Part shown: positions 19,394-29,321 of the stretch, piece after piece | How positions within the stretch are numbered: position 1 is the stretch's first letter | How the letters are laid out: each line of letters begins with the position of its first letter | Source: a virus | Taxonomy: Duplodnaviria; Caudoviricetes | IMG/VR virus record: IMGVR_UViG_3300042934_000724 | Location: 1-56,737 of that record | Length of the DNA: 56,737 nt | Strand: one strand, 5' to 3' | The notes under the pieces: model-generated | The model's input: the letters and a program-made list of their open reading frames with translations, nothing else | What the model was told of the DNA's origin: nothing | Databases searched by the model: none | Position numbers and translations under genes: made by a program

Positions 19394-20065
19394 TTAAGCC
19401 CCGCCGCCAGCAGCAACCGGCGCGCGATACGCGGTGATTTCAGCGTTGATGGTGAAGCCAAAGGAAACGGCCGCACCTTCGTTGCGCACCAGCGTCGGAG
19501 TTTTGTTGAAGGATGCATAACCGGCGTAATAGATCGTTTTGCCGTTGGGCAGCGACATACGCAAGATGCGCACTTCCTTCTCTCGATCGGCTTTATCCAG
19601 TTCTTCATACCAGGCCAGGCTGTCATCGTCAGCCAGCTGGAAAGCGAACGCCTGCGCATTTTTGGTGGTCGGGATCTGCTTGTCACGGCGCGCTTCGAGC
19701 GGCGCGTAAGTCCAGTATTGCTGCTCGCCGCCGGACATGGAGTTGCCGATCACCTGGTTGACGGCTACCCAGCCGGTCACTTTCTTGGCGGTACCGCCGC
19801 TGATTCCATCGGGAAAGAAAGCCACGTTGGACGTGTCGATGCCTTCCAGTGTGAATGCGCCCGCCGCCGCGTTGGCTACACGCACGGCGCGCTCGTTGAT
19901 GTCCTCCCAGCCCGAGGTGATCAGAAGGATGTCGCCATTGGCAAAGCCGTTTGCGGCGCTGGTGGCAACACCTGGGTTGGCGTTGCTGATTGCCGAAATC
20001 AGCTTGGCGGCGGCGAATCCGCTGGAAATCGAAAGCGTCGCCCCGTTGGGGAAGTAAACAGACAT
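19394..20065 (-). CDS. Major tail tube protein
   Basis: PNGATL, SGW..INER, SGGEQQY motifs; position before the chaperones. Confidence 0.85.
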   Translation of the reverse strand: MSVYFPNGATLSISSGFAAAKLISAISNANPGVATSAANGFANGDILLITSGWEDINERAVRVANAAAGAFTLEGIDTSNVAFFPDGISGGTAKKVTGWVAVNQVIGNSMSGGEQQYWTYAPLEARRDKQIPTTKNAQAFAFQLADDDSLAWYEELDKADREKEVRILRMSLPNGKTIYYAGYASFNKTPTLVRNEGAAVSFGFTINAEITAYRAPVAAGGGA

Positions 20066-20134
20066 GGGTTTTCCTCTTTGCAGAAATGACAAAACCCGCT
20101 CAGAGGCGGGTTCAGGATTTGCCCAACGGGCGGG

Positions 20135-20554
20135 TTATGGCGTGGTGTCGGATCGGTATGAGAACGACAGCGGGACGGTGTAAGTTGAATCGCCAGTTAT
20201 GCCTGGGCCGACATCTACAGGCGTCATCGGCGTAACTACGAAACCGTTCTTCACGTCGCGCACATAAAGCGGGAATAACGCGATTATCTCGGCGGCGATG
20301 GGGTTGGTTTTTGCCTTACCGGTGCCAGCCGGAGAAATAATGCTCACCTGAAACACGCCGGTATACAGCCGGTGCTCTCCGTCGAGCGTGTTGCTGGCCG
20401 TGTCGCCCGGGATGGTGAACGCACGCAGATAGGTCTCGCCTGCCGCCGGGGTGTAAGCCATGTTCTCAAAAACGACTTTTAGCTTTTCCAACCTGGCATT
20501 GTTCCAGGCGATCAGCTTTGCCTCGTAGATCGAGGCGATGATGGCGTGACTCAT
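20135..20554 (-). CDS. Tail terminator-like protein (DUF4128-like)
   Basis: ENMAYTP, GVFQVSII.PAG.G motifs. Confidence 0.75.
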   Translation of the reverse strand: MSHAIIASIYEAKLIAWNNARLEKLKVVFENMAYTPAAGETYLRAFTIPGDTASNTLDGEHRLYTGVFQVSIISPAGTGKAKTNPIAAEIIALFPLYVRDVKNGFVVTPMTPVDVGPGITGDSTYTVPLSFSYRSDTTP

Positions 20555-21147
20555 ACCTGGTTGTTCCTGATGGCCTCCAACACGATTTGCTGGAAGCGAG
20601 CCACGGTCACCCGAACCATTCCGCCGGGGGCCTGGGTCGAATGGCCGAACTCCAGCGGAATCGCATAGGGCAAATTGTTAATGATGTAAGCCATCTGGCC
20701 GGCGGTGAAGTCGCTCATTGCCGCGACCAATGCCGCCGTGGTTTCAGCACCGCTCGGGTCTACCTCGTCGAAGGTGACGCTTTCGACCACGCCGAGAGAG
20801 ATGTGCCAGTTCGCTCGGAACCGGCCGCCGACGTAGCCTTCCGGTGCGACGATGTCCATGCCATCGTTGAGCTTGCGGCCTTTCTTGAGCCTGCCACCCT
20901 TGGTCAAGTTGGCCGGGTCGCTGCGCAGCGCAGTGTTGTGTTCGTCGACAGCCCTGTTGTACTCGGAGGCCACTGCGTTCTGCGCCCAGATCTCCGGATT
21001 GCCCACGGGAGACATGCGGATCAGGCTGCTACCGACCTCGATAATGATCTCGCGCACACTGGCATCGATCGCTTCGCTGGTCTGAGCTGCAAACTCGGCC
21101 AGGCTCAAGGCGAAGCTGCCGGATTGGCCGGCACCCGCGCGACTCAC
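20551..21147 (-). CDS. Neck protein, HK97 gp10-like
   Basis: SPVG, GRFRANW, NNLPYA..LEFGHS.QAP.GMVR. Confidence 0.8.
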   Translation of the reverse strand: MSRAGAGQSGSFALSLAEFAAQTSEAIDASVREIIIEVGSSLIRMSPVGNPEIWAQNAVASEYNRAVDEHNTALRSDPANLTKGGRLKKGRKLNDGMDIVAPEGYVGGRFRANWHISLGVVESVTFDEVDPSGAETTAALVAAMSDFTAGQMAYIINNLPYAIPLEFGHSTQAPGGMVRVTVARFQQIVLEAIRNNQV

Positions 21148-21512
21148 GACCGCACCTGCAGCTCATAAAGAATCGCCGTGCCGGCGGGATTCACCTCTTT
21201 CAACGGCGGCACAATTGCCCAGGTGCGCCCCTGAATGATCACCTTGTTCAGCAGATCCGGAACCCACTCCAGCCCCTGCGCGGCAATCTTCAGCTTCTTG
21301 TCGCCCTGCTTGATGAGGCTGTTGTTCTGGAACTCCTGACCCGTGAAGTCGAGCAGGATGCCTTGGGCGGTCTTTTCAATGGTGGCGCCCGGCGCCTCGC
21401 CGCCCGTCTCCGGGTCGTACTCGCCGGGCTCAGTCTTGCTGATGGTCACGGGCTGGCCGAACTCTGTGATCATTTCCAGAGCCATCACGGCCATTTCGTC
21501 GTAGAAGGCCAT
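21144..21512 (-). CDS. Head-tail joining protein
   Basis: I.EFGQ.VT, IKQGDKK, Y.LQVR; synteny. Confidence 0.7.
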   Translation of the reverse strand: MAFYDEMAVMALEMITEFGQPVTISKTEPGEYDPETGGEAPGATIEKTAQGILLDFTGQEFQNNSLIKQGDKKLKIAAQGLEWVPDLLNKVIIQGRTWAIVPPLKEVNPAGTAILYELQVRS

Positions 21513-21531
21513 GGTGGCTCCAGATTTGAAA

Positions 21532-21753
21532 TTAATCGTTGAACATACCGATGTGGTACTCAGGCAATGGCTTCCGTTTCCTGCGCTCCTCAACCATGTT
21601 GTCAGCAATGCCCGCAGCCTGCTTAAGCACCTCGGTCCAAGATCCATCAACCTTGCTACCCGTAGCTTCGCCCTCGGCTTTTGCAAGAGGTAGCGCTGCG
21701 GAAAAGTAAAGGTCCCACGCTTGCTGTTCTTCGTCGGTGTATTTATCAGCCAT
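21532..21753 (-). CDS. Small hypothetical moron (73 aa)
   Basis: AGGAG SD; AWDLYFSAAL...AA.IAD.M..ER; inserted between head-completion genes. Confidence 0.6.
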   Translation of the reverse strand: MADKYTDEEQQAWDLYFSAALPLAKAEGEATGSKVDGSWTEVLKQAAGIADNMVEERRKRKPLPEYHIGMFND

Positions 21754-21788
21754 GGTAGAGCTCCTGTGATTGAGCCCTAACGCTACCA

Positions 21789-22292
21789 CTACGCGCGCAC
21801 AGCAAACAGTCCGCGCCTTTGTAAGTAGTCAGCAAACTGCGTTGCGCTCGGCCGGTCCGGCGCCGCGGGCATCAGTCGGCCGCTCGTGTTCGGAATGGTC
21901 GCGTATTCGCGAGTTACCGCGCCTTCAACACGCTCCAGCGTTACTGCGCCTTTGCGCTTCTCGATCGGGTCGACGTCGTCAGTGTGGATCTCGGCAGCCA
22001 GCGCCATCTGGCCGTACTGGATCCGCGCCGGCAGGTAGTTGTCGGGCTTGATCTCGTAATCCAGTTCGACGTCGCGGCGCGGCCAGGACAGGGCCTGTTC
22101 GCTGTTGGACTTTCGCCCTTTCCACGTCATGCCATCCATTGCCAGCGCGGACCGGCGCAGCAGCGCTTCCTGTGCTGGCACTTCTGCCGGGATGGTCACG
22201 CCGAATTTCACGGCGTACATGGCCAGATCTTCTGCGGACGCGTAGCTCTCGGCGTTAGGTTTGCCGGTACCGTCCTCGATGATGAGAGTCAT
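21789..22292 (-). CDS. Head-tail adaptor (DnaT-like annotated family)
   Basis: IEDGTG...A.SY, WKG......QAL.WPR motifs. Confidence 0.75.
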   Translation of the reverse strand: MTLIIEDGTGKPNAESYASAEDLAMYAVKFGVTIPAEVPAQEALLRRSALAMDGMTWKGRKSNSEQALSWPRRDVELDYEIKPDNYLPARIQYGQMALAAEIHTDDVDPIEKRKGAVTLERVEGAVTREYATIPNTSGRLMPAAPDRPSATQFADYLQRRGLFAVRA

Positions 22293-22348
22293 GAATCAGC
22301 TCGCTATGGTGTGCTGGATCGGGCGCCGCGTTGTAAGCGCCCGGATGG

Positions 22349-22924
22349 TTACGCCTGGTGTAGATCAGCAACTGCCTTTTCCAGCGATTCTACCGAAGCA
22401 TTCGCCCGATACGTCACATTGGCGGCGTCGAGTTGCGCTTTGAGGCTAGCGATCTTCTCAGCATTGTCGACGGGCTCCGCTGCTGCCTTGAGCCGTGCAA
22501 CTTCGCCACGTAGCGATTCAACCTCGCCCGCCAAGTTGTCGCGTTCACCCGTGAGGGTTTCGAAACCTTCGTGAATGGATTTCAGCGCACCGAACAAGCG
22601 GATCGGCAATTCGCCGGCGCCCGGGTGTTCCAGTTCGGTCAGTCCTTCTGCGGCTTCGATCAACAGCACGATGCCATCGCGCTCGGCATTCAACTCGTCG
22701 ATCAGCTCCTGCAGCGCGGTGTGATCGCCACTATCTGCGATCAGCAGCACCGGCGCCGGTTCAACCTTCCGCACCGTCACCTCCGGCACATCATCGGCCT
22801 CTCCATCGCGACTTTCGGTGATGTTCGCGTCGATGATGCGCAGCCCGTGTTCCTTCGCCAGCGCCTTTACGTCTTCCCGGTACTGGTGAAACGGTCCGGG
22901 TAGATACCAGATTTTGTTACTCAT
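22349..22924 (-). CDS. Capsid-adjacent hypothetical protein with C-terminal HeH-like motif
   Basis: Follows the capsid gene; LKAQLDAANVTYRANAS..SL ending. Confidence 0.65.
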   Translation of the reverse strand: MSNKIWYLPGPFHQYREDVKALAKEHGLRIIDANITESRDGEADDVPEVTVRKVEPAPVLLIADSGDHTALQELIDELNAERDGIVLLIEAAEGLTELEHPGAGELPIRLFGALKSIHEGFETLTGERDNLAGEVESLRGEVARLKAAAEPVDNAEKIASLKAQLDAANVTYRANASVESLEKAVADLHQA

Positions 22925-22975
22925 GATTGCATCTCCGCCAAGCCGGGCACACGTCCCGGCTTGGACATCACGGGG

Positions 22976-23944
22976 TTACTTAGAGGCGTCACCGATCAGA
23001 GCGACACCGGCGGTGTGCTTGATGCTGGTAGCGGTCTTGTCCCAGTTGGTACCGGTCGCCAGTTCAGCGTCGGTTGGCGACTTGCCGCCGGTGGTGGTGT
23101 CCCAGGTGTAACCCTTCAGACCCAGGCCGAAGGTGTAGTCGGTCTGCAGAGTGGTTTCGATACGCTCCTTACCGTTGGTGGTCTGGACGTTGCTGATGAT
23201 GTCGCGACCGTCGTGGACCAGCGCAGCGCCTTGCACCAGGGACAGGATGATTTCCTTGTTCGGGGTGCCGGCCTGCATCAGCGCAGGGGCATCCGTTACA
23301 ACGGAGATCTTGCCGAGGATGTCCACCACGCGAACGTTGCCTGCCTGGAACAGCTGCTGCTGGTTCGCCAGGTTCTGGCCGACCAGCTTGTGGTAGGTGG
23401 TGCCTTGCATCACCTGGGTTACCAGGTTCTGGCTGGCGTCGCCGAACTTCGCGTGGGCGTTGTTCAGACCGGCGTAGGTGATGCCTGCGGTCGCCGACAC
23501 ATCGTTGACTGCGGCGGCTTGGGCGGTGATCGCTGCAACCAGAGCGGCGATCGCGGTGTTCAGTTGATCCTTGAGGAGGATTTCAGCGAACGCGCGGCTC
23601 GCGACTTCGATACCTTGCGCGGTTGGGCGCTCCAGCCAGGTCATCTGCGAGGGCTCATAGCGGATCGGGCCGAAGCCACCGGCGACTTTTACCGAAGTGT
23701 TCTTCAGCTCGGTCAGGTCGGTGGCAGCAACAGCGGCGTTGGCGCTGTAGCGGTCAACGCGGCGCTGGGCGGCAGCCAGTGTTTGGAAGAACGACTCTTG
23801 GAGGAAATCGCCAGTGAAGCCGTCCGGGGACAGCACAATAGCGCCCCGGCTCGCAGCGTTGAACGCGGCGAGATATTGATCCAGCGTCTCGAGAGTCGCC
23901 GGCATGATGTATTCGTTGAAAACCTGCATTTGCGACAGGGACAT
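22976..23944 (-). CDS. Major capsid protein
   Basis: 322 aa after the scaffold; FNAASRGAI, GLKGYTWD...GG.SPT...L.T..NW; strong codon bias. Confidence 0.88.
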   Translation of the reverse strand: MSLSQMQVFNEYIMPATLETLDQYLAAFNAASRGAIVLSPDGFTGDFLQESFFQTLAAAQRRVDRYSANAAVAATDLTELKNTSVKVAGGFGPIRYEPSQMTWLERPTAQGIEVASRAFAEILLKDQLNTAIAALVAAITAQAAAVNDVSATAGITYAGLNNAHAKFGDASQNLVTQVMQGTTYHKLVGQNLANQQQLFQAGNVRVVDILGKISVVTDAPALMQAGTPNKEIILSLVQGAALVHDGRDIISNVQTTNGKERIETTLQTDYTFGLGLKGYTWDTTTGGKSPTDAELATGTNWDKTATSIKHTAGVALIGDASK

Positions 23945-23955
23945 GAGTTATTTCC

Positions 23956-24663
23956 TTACGATTGAGGGAGATCTGGGAACCAGCTTGCGATTGCAGCCGT
24001 GCGTTCCTCTTTGGTACCGCCGATTTTTCCTTTCGGGGCCCCGCCCCCACCACCTGCACCGCCGGCCCCGCCGCCAGATGCCTTGCTACCCGCGATCAAC
24101 GGCGCGAACGCCGCGTCATTCGCGATTTCTGCTTTCAGTTCATCCAGCGTTGCCGCCGAGAGCTTGCCCTGAGCGTCGAGGACGACGACAACAGGCTTCC
24201 CGTCGCGTTGCTCGACGCTCAGACGGCGTTCGATATGCGGCAACAGGGCTTTTGCGCTGCCTTGAACAGCCAGGGCAGATGCGATATCAGTAGCGGTACG
24301 GCCAACAGTCAGATCCCGGATCTGCCCGCTCAGCGTTCCACGCTCCTGTTCCAACATGCCGTTCAGCTCAGCTTCGCGGCGGGTAAATTTTTCAGTCCAG
24401 GAGCGTTCGAGCTCTTCGACGTTGCCGGACTTGCGAGCGGCTTCTTCGCGCTCCAGGCGAGCGGCTTCTTCAGCTTCACGCGCCTTCTTCTCGGCCAGCT
24501 TTTTCTCGCCGAGCAGCTCATCAACTTTGGCCTTCAGCCCGGATACATCTTCTTGCTGCGGCAGACCTTCAATGCCGAGTACGAACTTGCCGTCCTTCTC
24601 GGTGTAAAGAGCGCGCACGGCTTCATCTACCCCTTCCAGGGTATCCAGTTGGAATTTCAGCAT
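23956..24663 (-). CDS. Capsid scaffolding protein
   Basis: Y.EKDGKF.L, GLK.K..ELL.EKK coiled coil, Gly-rich SGGGA tail. Confidence 0.8.
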   Translation of the reverse strand: MLKFQLDTLEGVDEAVRALYTEKDGKFVLGIEGLPQQEDVSGLKAKVDELLGEKKLAEKKAREAEEAARLEREEAARKSGNVEELERSWTEKFTRREAELNGMLEQERGTLSGQIRDLTVGRTATDIASALAVQGSAKALLPHIERRLSVEQRDGKPVVVVLDAQGKLSAATLDELKAEIANDAAFAPLIAGSKASGGGAGGAGGGGGAPKGKIGGTKEERTAAIASWFPDLPQS

Positions 24664-24824
24664 TGTGTGTCTCCCAGAGACGATTTGCAGGCCCAGCCCG
24701 CGGATATGAAAAAGCCCCGTCATTGACGAGGCCGGTGTAAATCGTGTGCAAAAAAAACCCTGACGGATGCCAGGGTTGAGTTACTGCGAAAACTTTAAGT
24801 TAAAGGTGACTACGCTGCATTAGC

Positions 24825-25256
24825 TCAGGCTTCTCCCCCCTTGCTAGCTACAGCAATGCCTTTCCCTTTGGGAGCCTGTTGAGCAGATTTCAGTCTTAAC
24901 CCTTGATATTCATTGAAGGCATCTTTGAACTCTTGCTCGCTCGTAACCAGGTAACGGAGTCGGTCACGAAGCGCTTTTCCCTCTGCGTGTATTCCAGCAT
25001 AGAAATTCGCTTTTTCAGAAAAATTGAATGCGTCATTAAGGCCGATCAATACCGTCATGGCGATGCCCAGTACTCCAGCAACCTTCGAGTAATCAAAGAA
25101 CCCGGCAGCAGTCACCGCTGCCCCTAGCAAAACCCCAAGCACGGTAAATGCGATGGATAGATAAGCCGCGCTTTTGTGTTTTCGCCACTGGTTTACTTGA
25201 AAGCTATCAACCTGTTTCCGTAACTCCTCAGTGTTCGCACTAACCAGCTCTGTCAT
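24825..25256 (-). CDS. SLATT/DUF4231-like two-TM protein (moron)
   Basis: N-helix, two TMs, then FNFSEKANFY..helix; lower GC; between minor capsid and scaffold genes. Confidence 0.6.
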   Translation of the reverse strand: MTELVSANTEELRKQVDSFQVNQWRKHKSAAYLSIAFTVLGVLLGAAVTAAGFFDYSKVAGVLGIAMTVLIGLNDAFNFSEKANFYAGIHAEGKALRDRLRYLVTSEQEFKDAFNEYQGLRLKSAQQAPKGKGIAVASKGGEA

Positions 25257-25309
25257 CGACTTTGGACCGCAATGATATGGGGTAGCCATACTGAATTAGT
25301 CGTGGCGAG

Positions 25310-26398
25310 TTAAGCAATACCCGCCCTTTCGAACGCCAGAGGCTCAAGAGCCTTCATCTGCACGAGGGTCAGAGGTGAAAAGTTACGATCAAGCTGCAGT
25401 TCTGCAAAGCGCTCGACACTCAACCCACCTTCGCGGAACAACTTCGCCCGCATCGGGCCGATGGCTTTGTCTTGGAACGCTGCTGGCTGCTGCCTGAGCC
25501 AGTCGTAGTAGCTGAGGCCTGCTCTTACCTGTTGGGCACCGCCGTCGCCGATGGATGCGCGAGTGGCATCCTTAGCGAACAGATCACTGAAGCGAGTCAC
25601 CGCCACCACCGTCGAGCGGCAGTTGATGTGAATCGGTGGCCTCGGCCCCTCGGTCAGCTTGAACCGACGCTTATCGAGCGTCCGGCACTGGCTGGTCGTC
25701 TTCGAATCCAGCGTGCTGACCCACTCCACCGACGGCACGACATCGGAGTTCGCTTTCAGCGTCTCCATACGCGCCTGGGTGGCGACGTGCTGCACCGCCG
25801 TCCGCACGATGGCGCCAGCGTTGCGATTGGTCGTGGCCAGGATGCCGTCGTTGTATTTGAGCGCCTTGGTACCGCGGATGTTCTTGATGATCTGGAAGTT
25901 GGTTTGGCCTTCGAAGAAGCCCTGCCGGATCGCGCCAGTGAGGCGTTGCCGCTCTGTACTGGTGAAGCCATCAATGAACGACTTGAGCAGTTTGCCGCCA
26001 TCCGCGCCGCGCACACTGAGCGGGTTGGCGAGGATTGCCGCACGAATCGCAGCGGCACCAGGCACCGCCGCGTCGAACGACACGCCTACCGGCGCCGCTC
26101 GGGTCAGGCTGGTCGCTTCAAACTCAGCCTCGTAGTTGGCGATATCCACCAGGTCGAGGTTCAGCTTCTCGCTGTACCGGTCGAAGATGCCCAGCAGCAG
26201 ACTATCGACTTCGCTGAGGAGTCGCTCCAAACGCACAACGGTGTAATCCGTCAGATCGGCCCGGGTCAGCCGCTCGCGGATCGAACGGTCGATCTCCTTC
26301 AGGAAGGGTGCGAACTTCGCCACCTCCCCCGACTTCAGCTGCTCAAGGAAGACGGCGTGCCGGATCGTGGCATCAAGGATTGCTTGGTTTGCCGCCAT
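25310..26398 (-). CDS. Minor capsid / head morphogenesis protein (SPP1 gp7-like)
   Basis: IVRTAV.H, STLD.KT...C..LD, PP.H.NCRS motifs. Confidence 0.88.
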   Translation of the reverse strand: MAANQAILDATIRHAVFLEQLKSGEVAKFAPFLKEIDRSIRERLTRADLTDYTVVRLERLLSEVDSLLLGIFDRYSEKLNLDLVDIANYEAEFEATSLTRAAPVGVSFDAAVPGAAAIRAAILANPLSVRGADGGKLLKSFIDGFTSTERQRLTGAIRQGFFEGQTNFQIIKNIRGTKALKYNDGILATTNRNAGAIVRTAVQHVATQARMETLKANSDVVPSVEWVSTLDSKTTSQCRTLDKRRFKLTEGPRPPIHINCRSTVVAVTRFSDLFAKDATRASIGDGGAQQVRAGLSYYDWLRQQPAAFQDKAIGPMRAKLFREGGLSVERFAELQLDRNFSPLTLVQMKALEPLAFERAGIA

Positions 26399-27833
26399 TT
26401 ACGTTTGCCTCGTCGTCATCCAGGTCAGGGCCAGTGCTTTGCGCTTCCAGCTCTCCCCGGATTTCATCGTCCGTTTTCTCCGGGTTGATCACGCCTCGAT
26501 CGCGCAGGTACTGCCAGAAGTCGCCCTCCGGCAGCTTGCCGCCCTGCACTGCGTTGAACAATGCCGCCAGAATCGTCGCATCCAGGGTTATCTGGCTGAA
26601 GTCCTGATTGAGTTTGTAGATCGCTTCGCCCGGCGCGTTGACGAACTCGGCCATCCACGCCAGGCATTGGCTGTAGGCCTCGCTGACGTTGCTCACCACC
26701 AAGGAGAGAACGCTGTGCTCGGCGGCGCTGTCGTTGTCAGCCTGGGTGGCTGTCTTCACTGCACTGCCGCGCTCGATCAGTCGGGCGCCGAGCGACACCA
26801 TGTCTTGTTTCTTGGCATCCATCGCTTCCTTCACGAGGGTATTCGGCTCGGGCTGAGCGAATCCGCACGATCCATTGGCAGGAAGCGTCAGCGGTGCCCT
26901 GGAGCCGACGTAAATACCGTTGTCTTCCAGATGGTCGCGCCATGCTTCGTCCAGCCCAGAGATCCAGAACTGCGGCTGGCCAGAGAACCAGACAGAGTCC
27001 TCATAGTCCGCGCTGTTGCAGTAGTGACCGATGTTTAGCACCGCCATGTCGTACAGCGGCGCGTCGTCGATGCTGGTGTCGTTGTTTTCGCTGCCAAGGA
27101 AGTGGAACGGGATGATCCGCCAAGGTTGCCCTGCGCCATTCAGCGGCGTGAACGGCGGGATGATCATCGCCGTCTGGCTTGCCCCTTCTTCCCACACCTC
27201 CTGGGTGTACACGCCCGTGTCGTCCAAGCGCAGCACTCGGTATTGAGTAACCTTTTCGCTACCGAAGCCATCATCGGTGTCGACATCCACGGATTCCTGC
27301 AGCACGACCAAGCTCAGCAGGTGCTGCCCGCCAACTTTGCGGGTCTTCCAATTCCTGATCGACTCAGCGGGGTAGCTCGCAACACTCGCTCGAGCGCGTC
27401 CGGCCTGCTCGTCCGCTTTGCTCACCGTGCCCGCCTGCACCGCGGCGTAATCCACCAGCAATCCGTGTCGGCCAACTTCGAGCAGGTGCCCAATGACCGA
27501 TTGAGACTGCTGGTAAACGCTTACGCCCTGCCCGTCGATATCCGTAGACACGTAATCGAGTGCGCCAGGGACAGTGAGGGTTGGCCAAGTGCGGAACACC
27601 GCGCCGACCAAGCTGTGTTTCGTACGCCCCGTAGCGTTGTAAAACACTGCCCGCTGCTTGTAGGACTTGTACCGTTCGATGTTTTCCCGGCTGGTGTCGT
27701 GATGGTTGGGCTTCGGCAGATACACATCGCCGCGAGCCTTGACAGTCTCGGACCCCTTGCACACGTCGCGCACCAGCCGCCAACGGGACTGTGCCGCGTC
27801 GTATTCCGGGCGGGTATAGGTGACGTCTGCCAT
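26373..27833 (-). CDS. Portal protein (DUF4055-like)
   Basis: 486 aa after TerL; YLP, RAVFYN.T..T, LN..HY..SADY motifs. Confidence 0.88.
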   Translation of the reverse strand: MADVTYTRPEYDAAQSRWRLVRDVCKGSETVKARGDVYLPKPNHHDTSRENIERYKSYKQRAVFYNATGRTKHSLVGAVFRTWPTLTVPGALDYVSTDIDGQGVSVYQQSQSVIGHLLEVGRHGLLVDYAAVQAGTVSKADEQAGRARASVASYPAESIRNWKTRKVGGQHLLSLVVLQESVDVDTDDGFGSEKVTQYRVLRLDDTGVYTQEVWEEGASQTAMIIPPFTPLNGAGQPWRIIPFHFLGSENNDTSIDDAPLYDMAVLNIGHYCNSADYEDSVWFSGQPQFWISGLDEAWRDHLEDNGIYVGSRAPLTLPANGSCGFAQPEPNTLVKEAMDAKKQDMVSLGARLIERGSAVKTATQADNDSAAEHSVLSLVVSNVSEAYSQCLAWMAEFVNAPGEAIYKLNQDFSQITLDATILAALFNAVQGGKLPEGDFWQYLRDRGVINPEKTDDEIRGELEAQSTGPDLDDDEANVNGGKPSNP

Positions 27834-29320
27834 TAGCGTGCGAATCCCATTTTGATTGATTTGACCGGCTTCCTTGCGCTCTTGGCGACAGCGAAGTACC
27901 GGAATGCATCGGACGGGTGAGACGCCCAGTCATGAAGAGGCTTGTCTTTCCAGCAGCCCTTCTTGTCGTCCCACTCTTTGCGGTAGTTCTCCAGCGCGGT
28001 GATGCCCTCTTCGCACTTCGCCTCGTCAAAGGCACAGTGAGCGAGAATCTCGCGCGCCTGATCGATACCGTCGTCTACGCCGATTTTCGGCACGACCTGG
28101 AACGTCATGCGGTAGTGCTGGCCGTCGATCTCGTAGCCTTCGCGCGCCATTTCCCGGCGTGTCTTGGCATCGCTGCCGAACTCGCGGTTGTCGATGTCGT
28201 GCGGCCCCCAGTGCTCGGAGTAGGTGTAGCCCTTGTCCTTGAGCACCTTCATGTAGTGCCGCAGGCCTTCCCCGCTGTTCTGGTAGAAGTTGATGACGTG
28301 GTACTCGTTGCCGACCTGACGCACGAACCAGATGGCCGTGGAGTCGCCGACGCCGATGTCCCAGAAGGTCATCACCGGCAAGTGGCTGTTGTCTGGCAGC
28401 GTGCCGATGCGCTGAGCGGCGTAAAGCTTGGTGAATTGCTGGGCGTAGTAGGCGCCCTCGATCGACTGCTGGAAGGCTTCAGCCGGGATCGACGGGTATT
28501 CCCGCTTCATGTCGTCGCCGAGGGTCTTCTCCTTGGCGGCGTACCAGGCGCGCTGACCGGGGTTGGTGTCGATACCATGCTTGGCGAACAGTTCGTTGAA
28601 GTAGTCGGTCAGGCGCTGCGGAATGATCGCTTCGGACGGATCGAGCCAATAGGCCTTGTTCTTCCACCAGCTGAAGAAGAAGAACTTCCAGTCCAGCTTG
28701 CCGAGCGGCGTGCCGGATAGGAGTTGCTTCTCTGCGCTCTGCGAGTAGTCGAAGAAGTAGCCCGCCCGCCCTTCCGCCGTCGATTCAATCGTGACGAAGC
28801 AATCGGTGGCGACAGCCTCGAAGGCGCCGGTGACGATCTCTCTGGCCTTGTGGGGAAACTTGGCGCAGATCTTCCCGAACTCGGATACGTGCAGGTAACG
28901 CAGCGTGCCGCCCCGGAACGAGGTGCTGACGTAGAGCGAGCCGCCCTTGCTGAACACCAGTTCGCCGGCGGCATCGTTGCTCGCCGGGTTGGCGGCGCGG
29001 ATCTCTTTCGGCAGGTTGTCGTAGGCGTACTTCACCTTCTCCCGGAACAGGCGCTTGGCGTCGTTCAGGGTGTGGGCGATCAGCGCGCACTTCGCCGACT
29101 CGAATAGAGCCGCGTCCAGCTGGATGATGCAGCACTCGGTTGTGAAGCCGAGCTGCCGAGCCTTCAGGATGATGTTGCGGGTATGCATCCCGTCGAAGTA
29201 TTCAATCTGCTCGTCGGTCATCCTGAAGCGGGTTTTCTTCCCCTGCTTGTCAGTGATGAAGTAGAGATTGTTCAACCGCCAACGCTTATCCCGGAGCAGC
29301 TTCATGTGCTCGGGCTTCAT
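27833..29320 (-). CDS. Terminase large subunit
   Basis: ILKARQLGFTT Walker A, LHVSE Walker B, ESTAEG, WDIG..D and H..DAFRY nuclease motifs. Confidence 0.96.
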   Translation of the reverse strand: MKPEHMKLLRDKRWRLNNLYFITDKQGKKTRFRMTDEQIEYFDGMHTRNIILKARQLGFTTECCIIQLDAALFESAKCALIAHTLNDAKRLFREKVKYAYDNLPKEIRAANPASNDAAGELVFSKGGSLYVSTSFRGGTLRYLHVSEFGKICAKFPHKAREIVTGAFEAVATDCFVTIESTAEGRAGYFFDYSQSAEKQLLSGTPLGKLDWKFFFFSWWKNKAYWLDPSEAIIPQRLTDYFNELFAKHGIDTNPGQRAWYAAKEKTLGDDMKREYPSIPAEAFQQSIEGAYYAQQFTKLYAAQRIGTLPDNSHLPVMTFWDIGVGDSTAIWFVRQVGNEYHVINFYQNSGEGLRHYMKVLKDKGYTYSEHWGPHDIDNREFGSDAKTRREMAREGYEIDGQHYRMTFQVVPKIGVDDGIDQAREILAHCAFDEAKCEEGITALENYRKEWDDKKGCWKDKPLHDWASHPSDAFRYFAVAKSARKPVKSIKMGFAR

Positions 29321-29321
29321 G

